Source: the human T2T-CHM13v2.0 reference genome, Homo sapiens
DNA: 64,000 bases
Direction: 5' to 3' (one strand)
NCBI RefSeq assembly: GCF_009914755.1
Contig: NC_060948.1
In this document: positions 28,501 to 42,760 of the stretch, in pieces
How positions within the stretch are numbered: position 1 is the stretch's first letter
Layout: every line of letters starts with the position of its first letter
The notes under the pieces: generated by a model
Database searches by the model: none
Seen by the model: only the letters and a program-made list of their open reading frames with translations
What the model was told of the DNA's origin: nothing
Translations under genes and position numbers: made by a program

Positions 28501-31500
28501 AACTTTAATGGAATGTACTCGAATGGATTCGACTGGAATGGAATGTTCTGGAAGTGAATGGACTCCAATGGAATGGATTCCAAAGGAATGGAATCGTACG
28601 GAATGGAATCTAATGGAATGGAATTAAATGGAAATGAATCAAATTGAATAGCACGGAATTGAATTGAATGGAATGGAATGCAATGGAATCTAATGAAACG
28701 GAAAGGAAAGGAATGGAATGGAATGGAATGGGCTGGAATGGAAAGGAATCGAAACGAATGGAATGGAATCGAACTGAAGAGACTGGAATGGAATGCACTG
28801 GAATGGAAGGGAGTGTAATGGAAGGTTCTCGAAAAAAATGGAATCGAATGGAATGGAATTGAATGGAACGGAATAGAGTCGAATGGAATTGAATGGAATG
28901 GAATGGACTAGAGTGATATGGAATCGAACCACAAGGAATGGAGAGGAATAGAATGGTCTCGAATTGAATGGAATCGTATGGAGTGGCATCAAACGGAATG
29001 GAATGGACAGCCACGGAATGGAATGCACTCGAATGCAATGGAGTCGAAACTAATGGACTGGAATAGAATGGACTCGACTGGTACGGACTCCAATGGAATG
29101 GAATCGAATGGAAGGGAATCGAACGGAATGGACTCGAAGGGAAAAGACTGCAATGGAAAGGTCTCGAATGGAATGGAAATTAATGGAATGGAATGGAATC
29201 GAATGAAATGGAGTCAAAAGGAATGGAATCGAATGGCAACAAATCGAATGTAATGGAATCGCAAGGAATTGATGTGAAAGGAACGGAATGGAATGGAATC
29301 CAAAGGAATGGAATAGAATGGAATGGAATCGAATGGAAAGGACTCGAATGGAAATCACTCGAATAGAATGCAATTTAATAAAATAGGATCAAATGTAATG
29401 GAATGGAATGGAAAGGAATCGAAACGAAAGGAATGGAGACAGATGGAATGGAATGGAACAGAGAGCAATGGTATAGAATGGAATGGAATCATCTGGAATG
29501 GAATTGAATGGAATGGAATAATATGAAATGGAATGGAATGGAATGGAATGGAATGCCCTTGAATTAAATGGACTGGAATGGAATGGACTCGAACAGAGTG
29601 GAATGGAAAGTGTTGAGATAGAATGGAATGGACTCCTTTGGAATGGTGTAGTATGCAATGCAATCGACTGGCAGGGAATCAAAAGGAATGTAATGGAATG
29701 GACTGGACTGGAATGCAATGGACTCGAATAGATTGGAAACGGAATGCAAAGAAATGGAATGGAATAGTATGGAATGGAATGGAAAGGAATGGAGTGGAAT
29801 AGACTAGAGTGGAATGGAATGGACTGGAAAACAATGGACTGGAATGGAACTTTCTTGAATGGACTGGAATCAAACGGAATGGAATGCAATGCAATCAAAT
29901 GGCATGGAATAAAATAGAATGAAAGAGAACCAAGTGGAATTGAATCGAATGGAATCGAATGGATTGGAAAGGAATAGAATGGAATGGAATGGAATTGACT
30001 CAAATGGAATGGACTAGAATGGAATGGATTCGAATGGAAGGCAAAGGAATGGAATCTATTGGAATGGACTGTAATGGAATGGAATGGAAGGGATTGGAAT
30101 GGACTCGAATGGAATGGACTGCAATAGAAAGGATTCGAATGGAATGAAAAAGAATTGAATGGAATAGAACAGAATGGAATCAAATCGAATGAAATGGAAT
30201 GGAATAGAAAGGAATGGAATGAAATGGAATGGAAAGGATTCGAATGGAATGCAATCGAATGGAATGGAATCGAACGGAATGGAATAAAATGGAAGAAAAC
30301 TGGCAAGAAATGGAATCGAAATGAATGGAGTGTTATGGAACGGACTCAAAAGGAATTGAATGTAATAGAATGGAGTGGAGTGGACTCGAATATAATGGAC
30401 TGGAATGGAATGAAATCACATGGAATGGGAACGAATGGAATGGAATGGAAAGGAATGGAATCGAATGGAAAGGAATCGAATGGAAGGGAATGAAATTGAA
30501 TCAACAGGAATGGAAGGGAATAGAATAGACGGTAATGGAATGGACTCGAATAGAATGGACACGAATGCTCAAATTAAATGGACTCGAATGGAATGGAAAC
30601 GAAAGGAATGTCATCGAATGGAATTGAATCGATTGGAATGAAATCGCATAGAATGGAGTGGAATCAAATGGAATTGAATCGAAAGGAAAGGAAGCGAATG
30701 GACTGAAATGAAATGGAATGGAATTGAATGGAAAGTAATGCAATGGAATAGAATGGAACGAAATTTCACGGAATGGAATCAAACTGAATGGAATCAAATC
30801 AATGGAATCCAATCAAATGGAATGGAAAGGAATTGAATGGAGTAGATTGGATTGGATGGGATTGGAATGAAATGTACTGGAAAGGACTCGAATTTCATGA
30901 AACGGAATGGAATGAATTGGAACGGAATGGACTCGAATGGAATGGAATGTCATGGAATGGCATCAAATGGAATGGAATCGAATGCAATGGAATGCTATGG
31001 AATGGAATGGAATGCATTGGAATGGAATGTCCTCTAATGGAATGGATTCGAGTGGAATGGAATCGAATATAATGGAGTCGAATGAAATGGAATTGAAAGG
31101 AATGGGATCGAATAGAATGGAATATACTGGAATGTAATGTAATGAAGTCGAATGTAATTGACTGGAATGGAATGTACATGAATGGAATGTAATCGAATGG
31201 AAAGTAATCCAATGGAATAGAATCTAATGCAATAAAACCGACTCAGATAGAGTAGAATGTAATGGAATGGAGTGCAGTGCAATGGAAGGGAATGGAATTG
31301 AATGCAATGGAATGGAATGGAATGGAATGGAATGGAATGGAATGGAATGGAATGGAATGGGATGGAATGGTATGGAATGGATAGTAATGGACTGCAGTGA
31401 AATGTACTGGAAAGGAATGGACTCAAATTGAAAGGGCTCGAAAGGAATGGAGTCAAATGGAATGGTCTGGAATGGAATGAACACGAATGTAATGCAATCC

Positions 31501-32059
31501 AATAGAATGGAATCGAATGGCATGGAATATAAAGAAATGGAATCGAAGAGAATGGAAACAAATGGAATGGAATTGAATGGAATGGAATTGAATGGAATGG
31601 GAACGAATGGAGTGAAATTGTATGCAGTAGAAGGGAATAGAATGGAATGCAAGCGAAAGGAAAGGAATGGATTGGAATGGAATGGAATTCATTGGAATGG
31701 AAGGGAATGTAGTGTAATGGACAGGCCTGGAATAAAGTGGAATGCTACGGTCTCGAATGGAATAAAAATGTATGGAATGGAATGCAATGAAACGGAATCG
31801 AATGTCATAGAATGTAATGGAATGCAAAAAAATGGAATCCAAAATCATTGACTGGAAAGGCTGGGTGTCGAAAGGAATTGACTCCAATGGAATGGAATCG
31901 AATGGAATGGAAGTGAATAGAATCGAACTAAATCGAATGGAATGGAATTGATAGGAACGGAATGGAAAGGAATGCAATGATTTGGCATGGAATGGAATCG
32001 AATGGCATCGAATGGAATGGAATGGAATGCAATGGAATGGAATGTATTAGAATGTAATG
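28501..32059 (+). repeat. Unit U9 (3559 bp), type B
   Basis: Anchor at 28501. B markers; 15-bp deletion at ~30961. Confidence 0.9.
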
Positions 32060-35000
32060 AGCTTTAATGGAATCTACTCGAATGGATTCGACTGGAATGG
32101 AATGTTCTGGAAGTGAATGGACTCCAATGGAATGGATTCAAAAGGAATGGAATCGTACGGAATGGAATCTAATGGAATGGAATTAAATGGAAATGAATCA
32201 AATTGAATAGCACGGAATTGAATTGAATGGAATCGAATGCAATGGAATCTAATGAAACGGAAAGGAAAGGAATGGAATGGAATGGAATGGACTGGAATGG
32301 AAAGGAATCGAAACGAATGGAATGGAATCGAACTGAAGAGACTGGAATGGAATGCACTGGAATGGAAGGGAGTGTAATGGAAGGTTCTCGAAAAAAATGG
32401 AATCGAATGGAATGGAATTGAATGGAACGGAATAGAGTCGAATGGAATTGAATGGAATGGAATGGACTAGAGTGAAATGGAATCGAACCACAAGGAATGG
32501 ACAGGAATAGAATGGTATCGAATTGAATGGAATCGTATGGAATGGCATCAAACGGAATGGAATGGACAGCCACGGAATGGAATGCACTCGAATGCAATGG
32601 AGTCGAAACTAATGGACTGGAATAGAATGGACTCGACTGGTACGGACTCCAATGGAATGGAATCGAATGGAAGGGAATCGAACGGAATGGACTCGAAGGG
32701 AAAAGACTGCAATGGAAAGGTCTCGAATGGAATGGAAATTAATGGAATGGAATGGAATCGAATGAAATGGAGTCAAAAGGAATGGAATCGAATGGCAAGA
32801 AATCGAATGTAATGGAATCACAAGGAATTGATGTGAACGGAACGGAATGGAATGGAATCCAAAGGAATGGAATAGAATGGAATGGAATCGAATGGAAAGG
32901 ACTCGAATGGAAATCACTCGAATAGAATGCAATTTAATAAAATAGGATCAAATGTAATGGAATGGAATGAAAAGGAATCGAAACGAAAGGAATGGAGACA
33001 GATGGAATGGAATGGAACAGAGAGCAATGGTATAGAATGGAATGGAATCATCTGGAATGGAATTGAATGGAATGGAATAATATGAAATGGAATGGAATGG
33101 AATGGAATGGAATGCCCTTGAATTAAATGGACTGGAATGGAATGGACTCGAACAGAGTGGAATGGAAAGTGTTGAGATAGAATGGAATGGACTCCTTTGG
33201 AATGGTGTAGTATGCAATGCAATCGACTGGCAGGGAATCAAAAGGAATGTAATCGAATGGATTGGACTGGAATGCAATGGACTCGAATAGATTGGAAACG
33301 GAATGCAAAGGAATGGAATGGAATAGTATGGAATGGAATGGAAAGGAATGGAGTGGAATAGACTAGAGTGGAATGGAATGGACTGGAAAGCAATGGACTG
33401 GAATGGAACTTTCTTGAATGGACTGGAATCAAACGGAATGGAATGCAATGCAATCAAATGGCATGGAATAAAATAGAATGAAAGAGAATCAAATGGAATT
33501 GAATCGAATGGAATCGAATGGATTGGAAAGGAATAGAATGGAATGGAATGGAATTGACTCAAATGGAATGGACTAGAATGGAATGGATTCGAATGGAAGG
33601 CAAAGGAATGGAATCTATTGGAATGGACTGTAATGGAATGGAATGGAAGGGATTGGAATGGACTCGAATAGAATGGACTGCAATAGAAAGGATTCGAATG
33701 GAATGAAAAAGAATTGAATGGAATAGAACAGAATGGAATCAAATCGAATGAAATGGAATGGAATAGAAAGGAATGGAATGAAATGGAATGGAAAGGATTC
33801 GAATGGAATGCAATCGAATGGAATGGAATCGAACGGAATGGAATAAAATGGAAGAAAACTGGCAAGAAATGGAATCGAAATGAATGGAGTGTTATGGAAC
33901 GGACTCAAAAGGAATTGAATGTAATAGAATGGAGTGGAGTGGACTCGAATATAATGGACTGGAATGGAATGAAATCACATGGAATGGGAACGAATGGAAT
34001 GGAATGGAAAGGAATGGAATCGAATGGAAAGGAAGCGAATGGAAGGGAATGAAATTGAATCAACAGGAATGGAAGGGAATAGAATAGACGGTAATGGAAT
34101 GGACTCGAATAGAATGGACACGAATGCTCAAATTGAATGGACTCGAATGGAATGGAAACGAAAGAATGTCATCGAATGGAATTGAATCGATTGGAATGAA
34201 ATCGCACAGAATGGAGTGGAATCAAATGGAATTGAATCGAAAGGAAAGGAAGCGAATGGACTGAAATGAAATGGAATGGAATTGAATGGAAAGTAATGCA
34301 ATGGAATAGAATGGAACGAAATTTCACGGAATGGAATCAAACTGAATGGAATCAAATCAATGGAATCAAATCAAATGGAATGGAAAGGAATTGAATGGAG
34401 TAGATTGGATTGGATGGGATTGGAATGAAATGTACTGGAAAGGACTCGAATTTCATGAAACGGAATGGAATGAATTGGAACGGAATGGACTCGAATGGAA
34501 TGGAATGTCATGGAATGGCATCCAATGGAATGGCATCAAATGGAATGGAATCGAATGCAATGGAATGCTATGGAATGGAATGGAATGCATTGGAATGGAA
34601 TGTCCTCTAATGGAATGGATTCGAGTGGAATGGAATCGAATATAATGGAGTCGAATGAAATGGAATTGAAAGGAATGGGATCGAATACAATGGAATATAC
34701 TGGAATGTAATGTAATGAACTCGAATGTAATTGACTGGAATGGAATGTACATGAATGGAATGTAATCGAATGGAAAGTAATCCAATGGAATAGAATCTAA
34801 TGCAATAAAATCGACTCAGATAGAGTAGAATGTAATGGAATGGAGTGCAGTGCAATGGAATGGAATGGAATGGAATGCAATTGAATGGAATGGAATGGAA
34901 TGGAATGGAATGGAATGGAATGGGATGGAATGGTATGGAATGGATAGTAATGGACTGGAGTGAAATGGACTGGAAAGGAATGGACTCAAATTGAAAGGGC

Positions 35001-35622
35001 TCGAAAGGAATGGAGTCAAATGGAATGGTCTGGAATGGAATGAACACGAATGTAATGCAATCCAATAGAATGGAATCGAATGGCATGGAATATAAAGAAA
35101 TGGAATCGGAGAGAATGGAAACAAATGGAATGGAATTGAATGGAATGGAATTGAATGGAATGGGAACGAATGGAGTGAAATTGTATGCAGTAGAAGGGAA
35201 TAGAATGGAATGCAAGCGAAAGGAAAGGAATGGATTGGAATGGAATGGAATTCATTGGAATGGAAGGGAATGTAGTGTAATGGACAGGCCTGGAATAAAG
35301 TGGAATGCTACGGTCTCGAATGGAATAAAAATGTATGGAATGGAATGCAATGAAATGGAATCGAATGTCATAGAATGTAATGGAATGCAACAAAATGGAA
35401 TCCAAAATCATTGACTGGAAAGGCTGGGTGTCGAAAGGAATTGACTCCAATGGAATGGAATCGAATGGAATGGAAGTGAATAGAATCGAACTAAATCGAA
35501 TGGAATGGAATTGATAGGAACGGAATGGAAAGGAATGCAATGATTTGGCATGGAATGGAATCGAATGGCATCGAATGGAATGGAATGGAATGCAATGGAA
35601 TGGAATGTATTAGAATGTAATG
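32060..35622 (+). repeat. Unit U10 (3563 bp), C-like left part
   Basis: Anchor variant AGCTTTAATG at 32060. 1-bp deletion at ~34164 shared with U5. Confidence 0.9.
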
Positions 35623-38600
35623 AACTTTAATGGAATGTACTCGAATGGATTCGACTGGAATGGAATGTTCTGGAAGTGAATGGACTCCAATGGAATGGAT
35701 TCCAAAGGAATGGAATCGTACGGAATGGAATCTAATGGAATGGAATTAAATGGAAATGAATCAAATTGAATAGCACGGAATTGAATTGAATGGAATGGAA
35801 TGCAATGGAATCTAATGAAACGGAAAGGAAAGGAATGGAATGGAATGGAATGGGCTGGAATGGAAAGGAATCGAAACGAATGGAATGGAATCGAACTGAA
35901 GAGACTGGAATGGAATGCACTGGAATGGAAGGGAGTGTAATGGAAGGTTCTCGAAAAAAATGGAATCGAATGGAATGGAATTGAATGGAACGGAATAGAG
36001 TCGAATGGAATTGAATGGAATGGAATGGACTAGAGTGAAATGGAATCGAACCACAAGGAATGGACAGGAATAGAATGGTCTCGAATTGAATGGAATCGTA
36101 TGGAATGGCATCAAACGGAATGGAATGGACAGCCACGGAATGGAATGCACTCGAATGCAATGGAGTCGAAACTAATGGACTGGAATAGAATGGACTCGAC
36201 TGGTACGGACTCCAATGGAATGGAATCGAATGGAAGGGAATCGAACGGAATGGACTCGAAGGGAAAAGACTGCAATGGAAAGGTCTCGAATGGAATGGAA
36301 ATTAATGGAATGGAATGGAATCGAATGAAATGGAGTCAAAAGGAATGGAATCGAATGGCAACAAATCGAATGTAATGGAATCGCAAGGAATTGATGTGAA
36401 CGGAACGGAATAGAATGGAATCCAAAGGAATGGAATAGAATGGAATGGAATCGAATGGAAAGGACTCGAATGGAAATCACTCGAATAGAATGCAATTTAA
36501 TAAAATAGGATCAAATGTAATGGAATGGAATGGAAAGGAATCGAAACGAAAGGAATGGAGACAGATGGAATGGAATGGAACAGAGAGCAATGGTATAGAA
36601 TGGAATGGAATCATCTGGAATGGAATTGAATGGAATGGAATAATATGAAATGGAATGGAATGGAATGGAATGGAATGGAATGCCCTTGAATTAAATGGAC
36701 TGGAATGGAATGGACTCGAACAGAGTGGAATGGAAAGTGTTGAGATAGAATGGAATGGACTCCTTTGGAATGGTGTAGTATGCAATGCAATCGACTGGCA
36801 GGGAATCAAAAGGAATGTAATCGAATGGATTGGACTGGAATGCAATGGACTCGAATAGATTGGAAACGGGATGCAAAGGAATGGAATGGAATAGTATGGA
36901 ATGGAATGGAAAGGAATGGAGTGGAATAGACTAGAGTGGAATGGAATGGACTGGAAAGCAATGGACTGGAATGGAACTTTCTTGAATGGACTGGAATCAA
37001 ACGGAATGGAATGCAATGCAATCAAATGGCATGGAATAAAATAGAATGAAAGAGAATCAAATGGAATTGAATCGAATGGAATCGAATGGATTGGAAAGGA
37101 ATAGAATGGAATGGAATGGAATTGACTCAAATGGAATGGACTAGAATGGAATGGATTCGAATGGAAGGCAAAGGAATGGAATCTATTGGAATGGCCTGTA
37201 ATGGAATGGAATGGAAGGGATTGGAATGGACTCGAATGGAATGGACTGCTATAGAAAGGATTCGAATGGAATGAAAAAGAATTGAATGGAATAGAACAGA
37301 ATGGAATCAAATCGAATGAAATGGAATGGAATAGAAAGGAATGGAATGAAATGGAATGGAAAAGATTCGAATGGAATGCAATCGAATGGAATGGAATCGA
37401 ACGGAATGGAATAAAATGGAAGAAAACTGGCAAGAAATGGAATCGAAATGAATGGAGTGTTATGGAACGGACTCAAAAGGAATTGAATGTAATAGAATGG
37501 AGTGGAGTGGACTCGAATATAATGGACTGGAATGGAATGAAATCACATGGAATGGGAACGAATGGAATGGAATGGAAAGGAATGGAATCGAATGGAAAGG
37601 AATCGAATGGAAGGGAATGAAATTGAATCAACAGGAATGGAAGGGAATAGAATAGACGGTAATGGAATGGACTCGAATAGAATGGACACGAATGCTCAAA
37701 TTGAATGGACTCGAATGGAATGGAAACGAAAGGAATGTCATCGAATGGAATTGAATCGATTGGAATGAAATCGCATAGAATGGAGTGGAATCAAATGGAA
37801 TTGAATCGAAAGGAAAGGAAGCGAATGGACTGAAATGAAATGGAATGGAATTGAATGGAAAGTAATGCAATGGAATAGAATGGAACTAAATTTCACGGAA
37901 TGGAATCAAACTGAATGGAATCAAATCAATGGAATCAAATCAAATGGAATGGAAAGGAATTGAATGGAGTAGATTGGATTGGATGGGATTGGAATGAAAT
38001 GTACTGGAAAGGACTCGAATTTCATGAAACGGAATGGAATGAATTGGAACGGAATGGACTCGAATGGAATGGAATGTCATGGAATGGCATCAAATGGAAT
38101 GGCATCAAATGGAATGGAATCGAATGCAATGGAATGCTATGGAATGGAATGGAATGCATTGGAATGGAATGTCCTCTAATGGAATGGATTCGAGTGGAAT
38201 GGAATCGAATATAATGGAGTCGAATGAAATGGAATTGAAAGGAATGGGATCGAATACAATGGAATATACTGGAATGTAATGTAATGAACTCGAATGTAAT
38301 TGACTGGAATGGAATGTACATGAATGGAATGTAATCGAATGGAAAGTAATCCAATGGAATAGAATCTAATGCAATAAAATCGACTCAGATAGAGTAGAAT
38401 GTAATGGAATGGAGTGCAGTGCAATGGAATGGAATGGAATGGAATGCAATTGAATGGAATGGAATGGAATGGAATGGAATGGAATGGAATGGGATGGAAT
38501 GGTATGGAATGGATAGTAATGGACTGGAGTGAAATGGACTGGAAAGGAATGGACTCAAATTGAAAGGGCTCGAAAGGAATGGAGTCAAATGGAATGGTCT

Positions 38601-39191
38601 GGAATGGAATGAACACGAATGTAATGCAATCCAATAGAATGGAATCGAATGGCATGGAATATAAAGAAATGGAATCGGAGAGAATGGAAACAAATGGAAT
38701 GGAATTGAATGGAATGGAATTGAATGGAATGGGAACGAATGGAGTGAAATTGTATGCAGTAGAAGGGAATAGAATGGAATGCAAGCGAAAGGAAAGGAAT
38801 GGATTGGAATGGAATGGAATTCATTGGAATGGAAGGGAATGTAGTGTAATGGACAGGCCTGGAATAAAGTGGAATGCTACGGTCTCGAATGGAATAAAAA
38901 TGTATGGAATGGAATGCAATGAAATGGAATCGAATGTCATAGAATGTAATGGAATGCAACAAAATGGAATCCAAAATCATTGACTGGAAAGGCTGGGTGT
39001 CGAAAGGAATTGACTCCAATGGAATGGAATCGAATGGAATGGAAGTGAATAGAATCGAACTAAATCGAATGGAATGGAATTGATAGGAACGGAATGGAAA
39101 GGAATGCAATGATTTGGCATGGAATGGAATCGAATGGCATCGAATGGAATGGAATGGAATGCAATGGAATGGAATGTATTAGAATGTAATG
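35623..39191 (+). repeat. Unit U11 (3569 bp)
   Basis: Anchor at 35623. One extra pentamer at ~36650; extra HaeIII site at 37193-37196. Confidence 0.9.
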
Positions 39192-42100
39192 AACTTTAAT
39201 GGAATGTACTCGAATGGATTCGACTGGAATGGAATGTTCTGGAAGTGAATGGACTCCAATGGAATGGATTCCAAAGGAATGGAATCGTACGGAATGGAAT
39301 CTAATGGAATGGAATTAAATGGAAATGAATCAAATTGAATAGCACGGAATTGAATTGAATGGAATGGAATGCAATGGAATCTAATGAAACGGAAAGGAAA
39401 GGAATGGAATGGAATGGAATGGGCTGGAATGGAAAGGAATCGAAACGAATGGAATGGAATCGAACTGAAGAGACTGGAATGGAATGCACTGGAATGGAAG
39501 GGAGTGTAATGGAAGGTTCTCGAAAAAAATGGAATCGAATGGAATGGAATTGAATGGAACGGAATAGAGTCGAATGGAATTGAATGGAATGGAATGGACT
39601 AGAGTGAAATGGAATCGAACCACAAGGAATGGACAGGAATAGAATGGTCTCGAATTGAATGGAATCGTATGGAATGGCATCAAACGGAATGGAATGGACA
39701 GCCACGGAATGGAATGCACTCGAATGCAATGGAGTCGAAACTAATGGACTGGAATAGAATGGACTCGACTGGTACGGACTCCAATGGAATGGAATCGAAT
39801 GGAAGGGAATCGAACGGAATGGACTCGAAGGGAAAAGACTGCAATGGAAAGGTCTCGAATGGAATGGAAATTAATGGAATGGAATGGAATCGAATGAAAT
39901 GGAGTCAAAAGGAATGGAATCGAATGGCAACAAATCGAATGTAATGGAATCGCAAGGAATTGATGTGAACGGAACGGAATGGAATGGAATCCAAAGGAAT
40001 GGAATAGAATGGAATGGAATCGAATGGAAAGGACTCGAATGGAAATCACTCGAATAGAATGCAATTTAATAAAATAGGATCAAATGTAATGGAATGGAAT
40101 GGAAAGGAATCGAAACGAAAGGAATGGAGACAGATGGAATGGAATGGAACAGAGAGCAATGGTATAGAATGGAATGGAATCATCTGGAATGGAATTGAAT
40201 GGAATGGAATAATATGAAATGGAATGGAATGGAATGGAATGGAATGGAATGCCCTTGAATTAAATGGACTGGAATGGAATGGACTCGAACAGAGTGGAAT
40301 GGAAAGTGTTGAGATAGAATGGAGTGGACTCCTTTGGAATGGTGTAGTATGCAATGCAATCGACTGGCAGGGAATCAAAAGGAATGTAATGGAATGGACT
40401 GGACTGGAATGCAATGGACTCGAATAGATTGGAAACGGAATGCAAAGAAATGGAATGGAATAGTATGGAATGGAATGGAAAGGAATGGAGTGGAATAGAC
40501 TAGAGTGGAATGGAATGGACTGGAAAGCAATGGACTGGAATGGAACTTTCTTGAATGGACTGGAATCAAACGGAATGGAATGCAATGCAATCAAATGGCA
40601 TGGAATAAAATAGAATGAAAGAGAATCAAATGGAATTGAATCGAATGGAATCGAATGGATTGGAAAGGAATAGAATGGAATGGAATGGAATGGACTCAAA
40701 TGGAATGGACTAGAATGGAATGGATTCGAATGGAAGGCAAAGGAATGGAATCTATTGGAATGGACTGTAATGGAATGGAATGGAAGGGATTGGAATGGAC
40801 TCGAATGGAATGGACTGCAATAGAAAGGATTCGAATGGAATGAAAAAGAATTGAATGGAATAGAACAGAATGGAATCAAATCGAATGAAATGGAATGGAA
40901 TAGAAAGGAATGGAATGAAATGGAATGGAAAGGATTCGAATGGAATGCAATCGAATGGAATGGAATCGAACGGAATGGAATAAAATGGAAGAAAACTGGC
41001 AAGAAATGGAATCGAAATGAATGGAGTGTTATGGAACGGACTCAAAAGGAATTGAATGTAATAGAATGGAGTGGAGTGGACTCGAATATAATGGACTGGA
41101 ATGGAATGAAATCACATGGAATGGGAACGAATGGAATGGAATGGAAAGGAATGGAATCGAATGGAAAGGAATCGAATGGAAGGGAATGAAATTGAATCAA
41201 CAGGAATGGAAGGGAATAGAATAGACGGTAATGGAATGGACTCGAATAGAATGGACACGAATGCTCAAATTGAATGGACTCCAATGGAATGGAAACGAAA
41301 GGAATGTCATCGAATGGAATTGAATCGATTGGAATGAAATCGCATAGAATGGAGTGGAATCAAATGGAATTGAATCGAAAGGAAAGGAAGCGAATGGACT
41401 GAAATGAAATGGAATGGAATTGAATGGAAAGTAATGCAATGGAATAGAATGGAACGAAATTTCACGGAATGGAATCAAACTGAATGGAATCAAATCAATG
41501 GAATCAAATCAAATGGAATGGAAAGGAATTGAATGGAGTAGATTGGATTGGATGGGATTGGAATGAAATGTACTGGAAAGGACTCGAATTTCATGAAACG
41601 GAATGGAATGAATTGGAACGGAATGGACTCGAATGGAATGGAATGTCATGGAATGGCATCAAATGGAATGGCATCAAATGGAATAGAATCGAATGCAATG
41701 GAATGCTATGGAATGGAATGGAATGCATTGGAATGGAATGTCCTCTAATGGAATGGATTCGAGTGGAATGGAATCGAATATAATGGAGTCGAATGAAATG
41801 GAATTGAAAGGAATGGGATCGAATACAATGGAATATACTGGAATGTAATGTAATGAACTCGAATGTAATTGACTGGAATGGAATGTACATGAATGGAATG
41901 TAATCGAATGGAAAGTAATCCAATGGAATAGAATCTAATGCAATAAAATCGACTCAGATAGAGTAGAATGTAATGGAATGGAGTGCAGTGCAATGGAATG
42001 GAATGGAATGGAATGCAATTGAATGGAATGGAATGGAATGGAATGGAATGGAATGGAATGGGATGGAATGGTATGGAATGGATAGTAATGGACTGGAGTG

Positions 42101-42760
42101 AAATGGACTGGAAAGGAATGGACTCAAATTGAAAGGGCTCGAAAGGAATGGAGTCAAATGGAATGGTCTGGAATGGAATGAACACGAATGTAATGCAATC
42201 CAATAGAATGGAATCGAATGGCATGGAATATAAAGAAATGGAATCGGAGAGAATGGAAACAAATGGAATGGAATTGAATGGAATGGAATTGAATGGAATG
42301 GGAACGAATGGAGTGAAATTGTATGCAGTAGAAGGGAATAGAATGGAATGCAAGCGAAAGGAAAGGAATGGATTGGAATGGAATGGAATTCATTGGAATG
42401 GAAGGGAATGTAGTGTAATGGACAGGCCTGGAATAAAGTGGAATGCTACGGTCTCGAATGGAATAAAAATGTATGGAATGGAATGCAATGAAATGGAATC
42501 GAATGTCATAGAATGTAATGGAATGCAACAAAATGGAATCCAAAATCATTGACTGGAAAGGCTGGGTGTCGAAAGGAATTGACTCCAATGGAATGGAATC
42601 GAATGGAATGGAAGTGAATAGAATCGAACTAAATCGAATGGAATGGAATTGATAGGAACGGAATGGAAAGGAATGCAATGATTTGGCATGGAATGGAATC
42701 GAATGGCATCGAATGGAATGGAATGGAATGCAATGGAATGGAATGTATTAGAATGTAATG
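39192..42760 (+). repeat. Unit U12 (3569 bp)
   Basis: Anchor at 39192. Same extra pentamer at ~40220. Confidence 0.9.
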
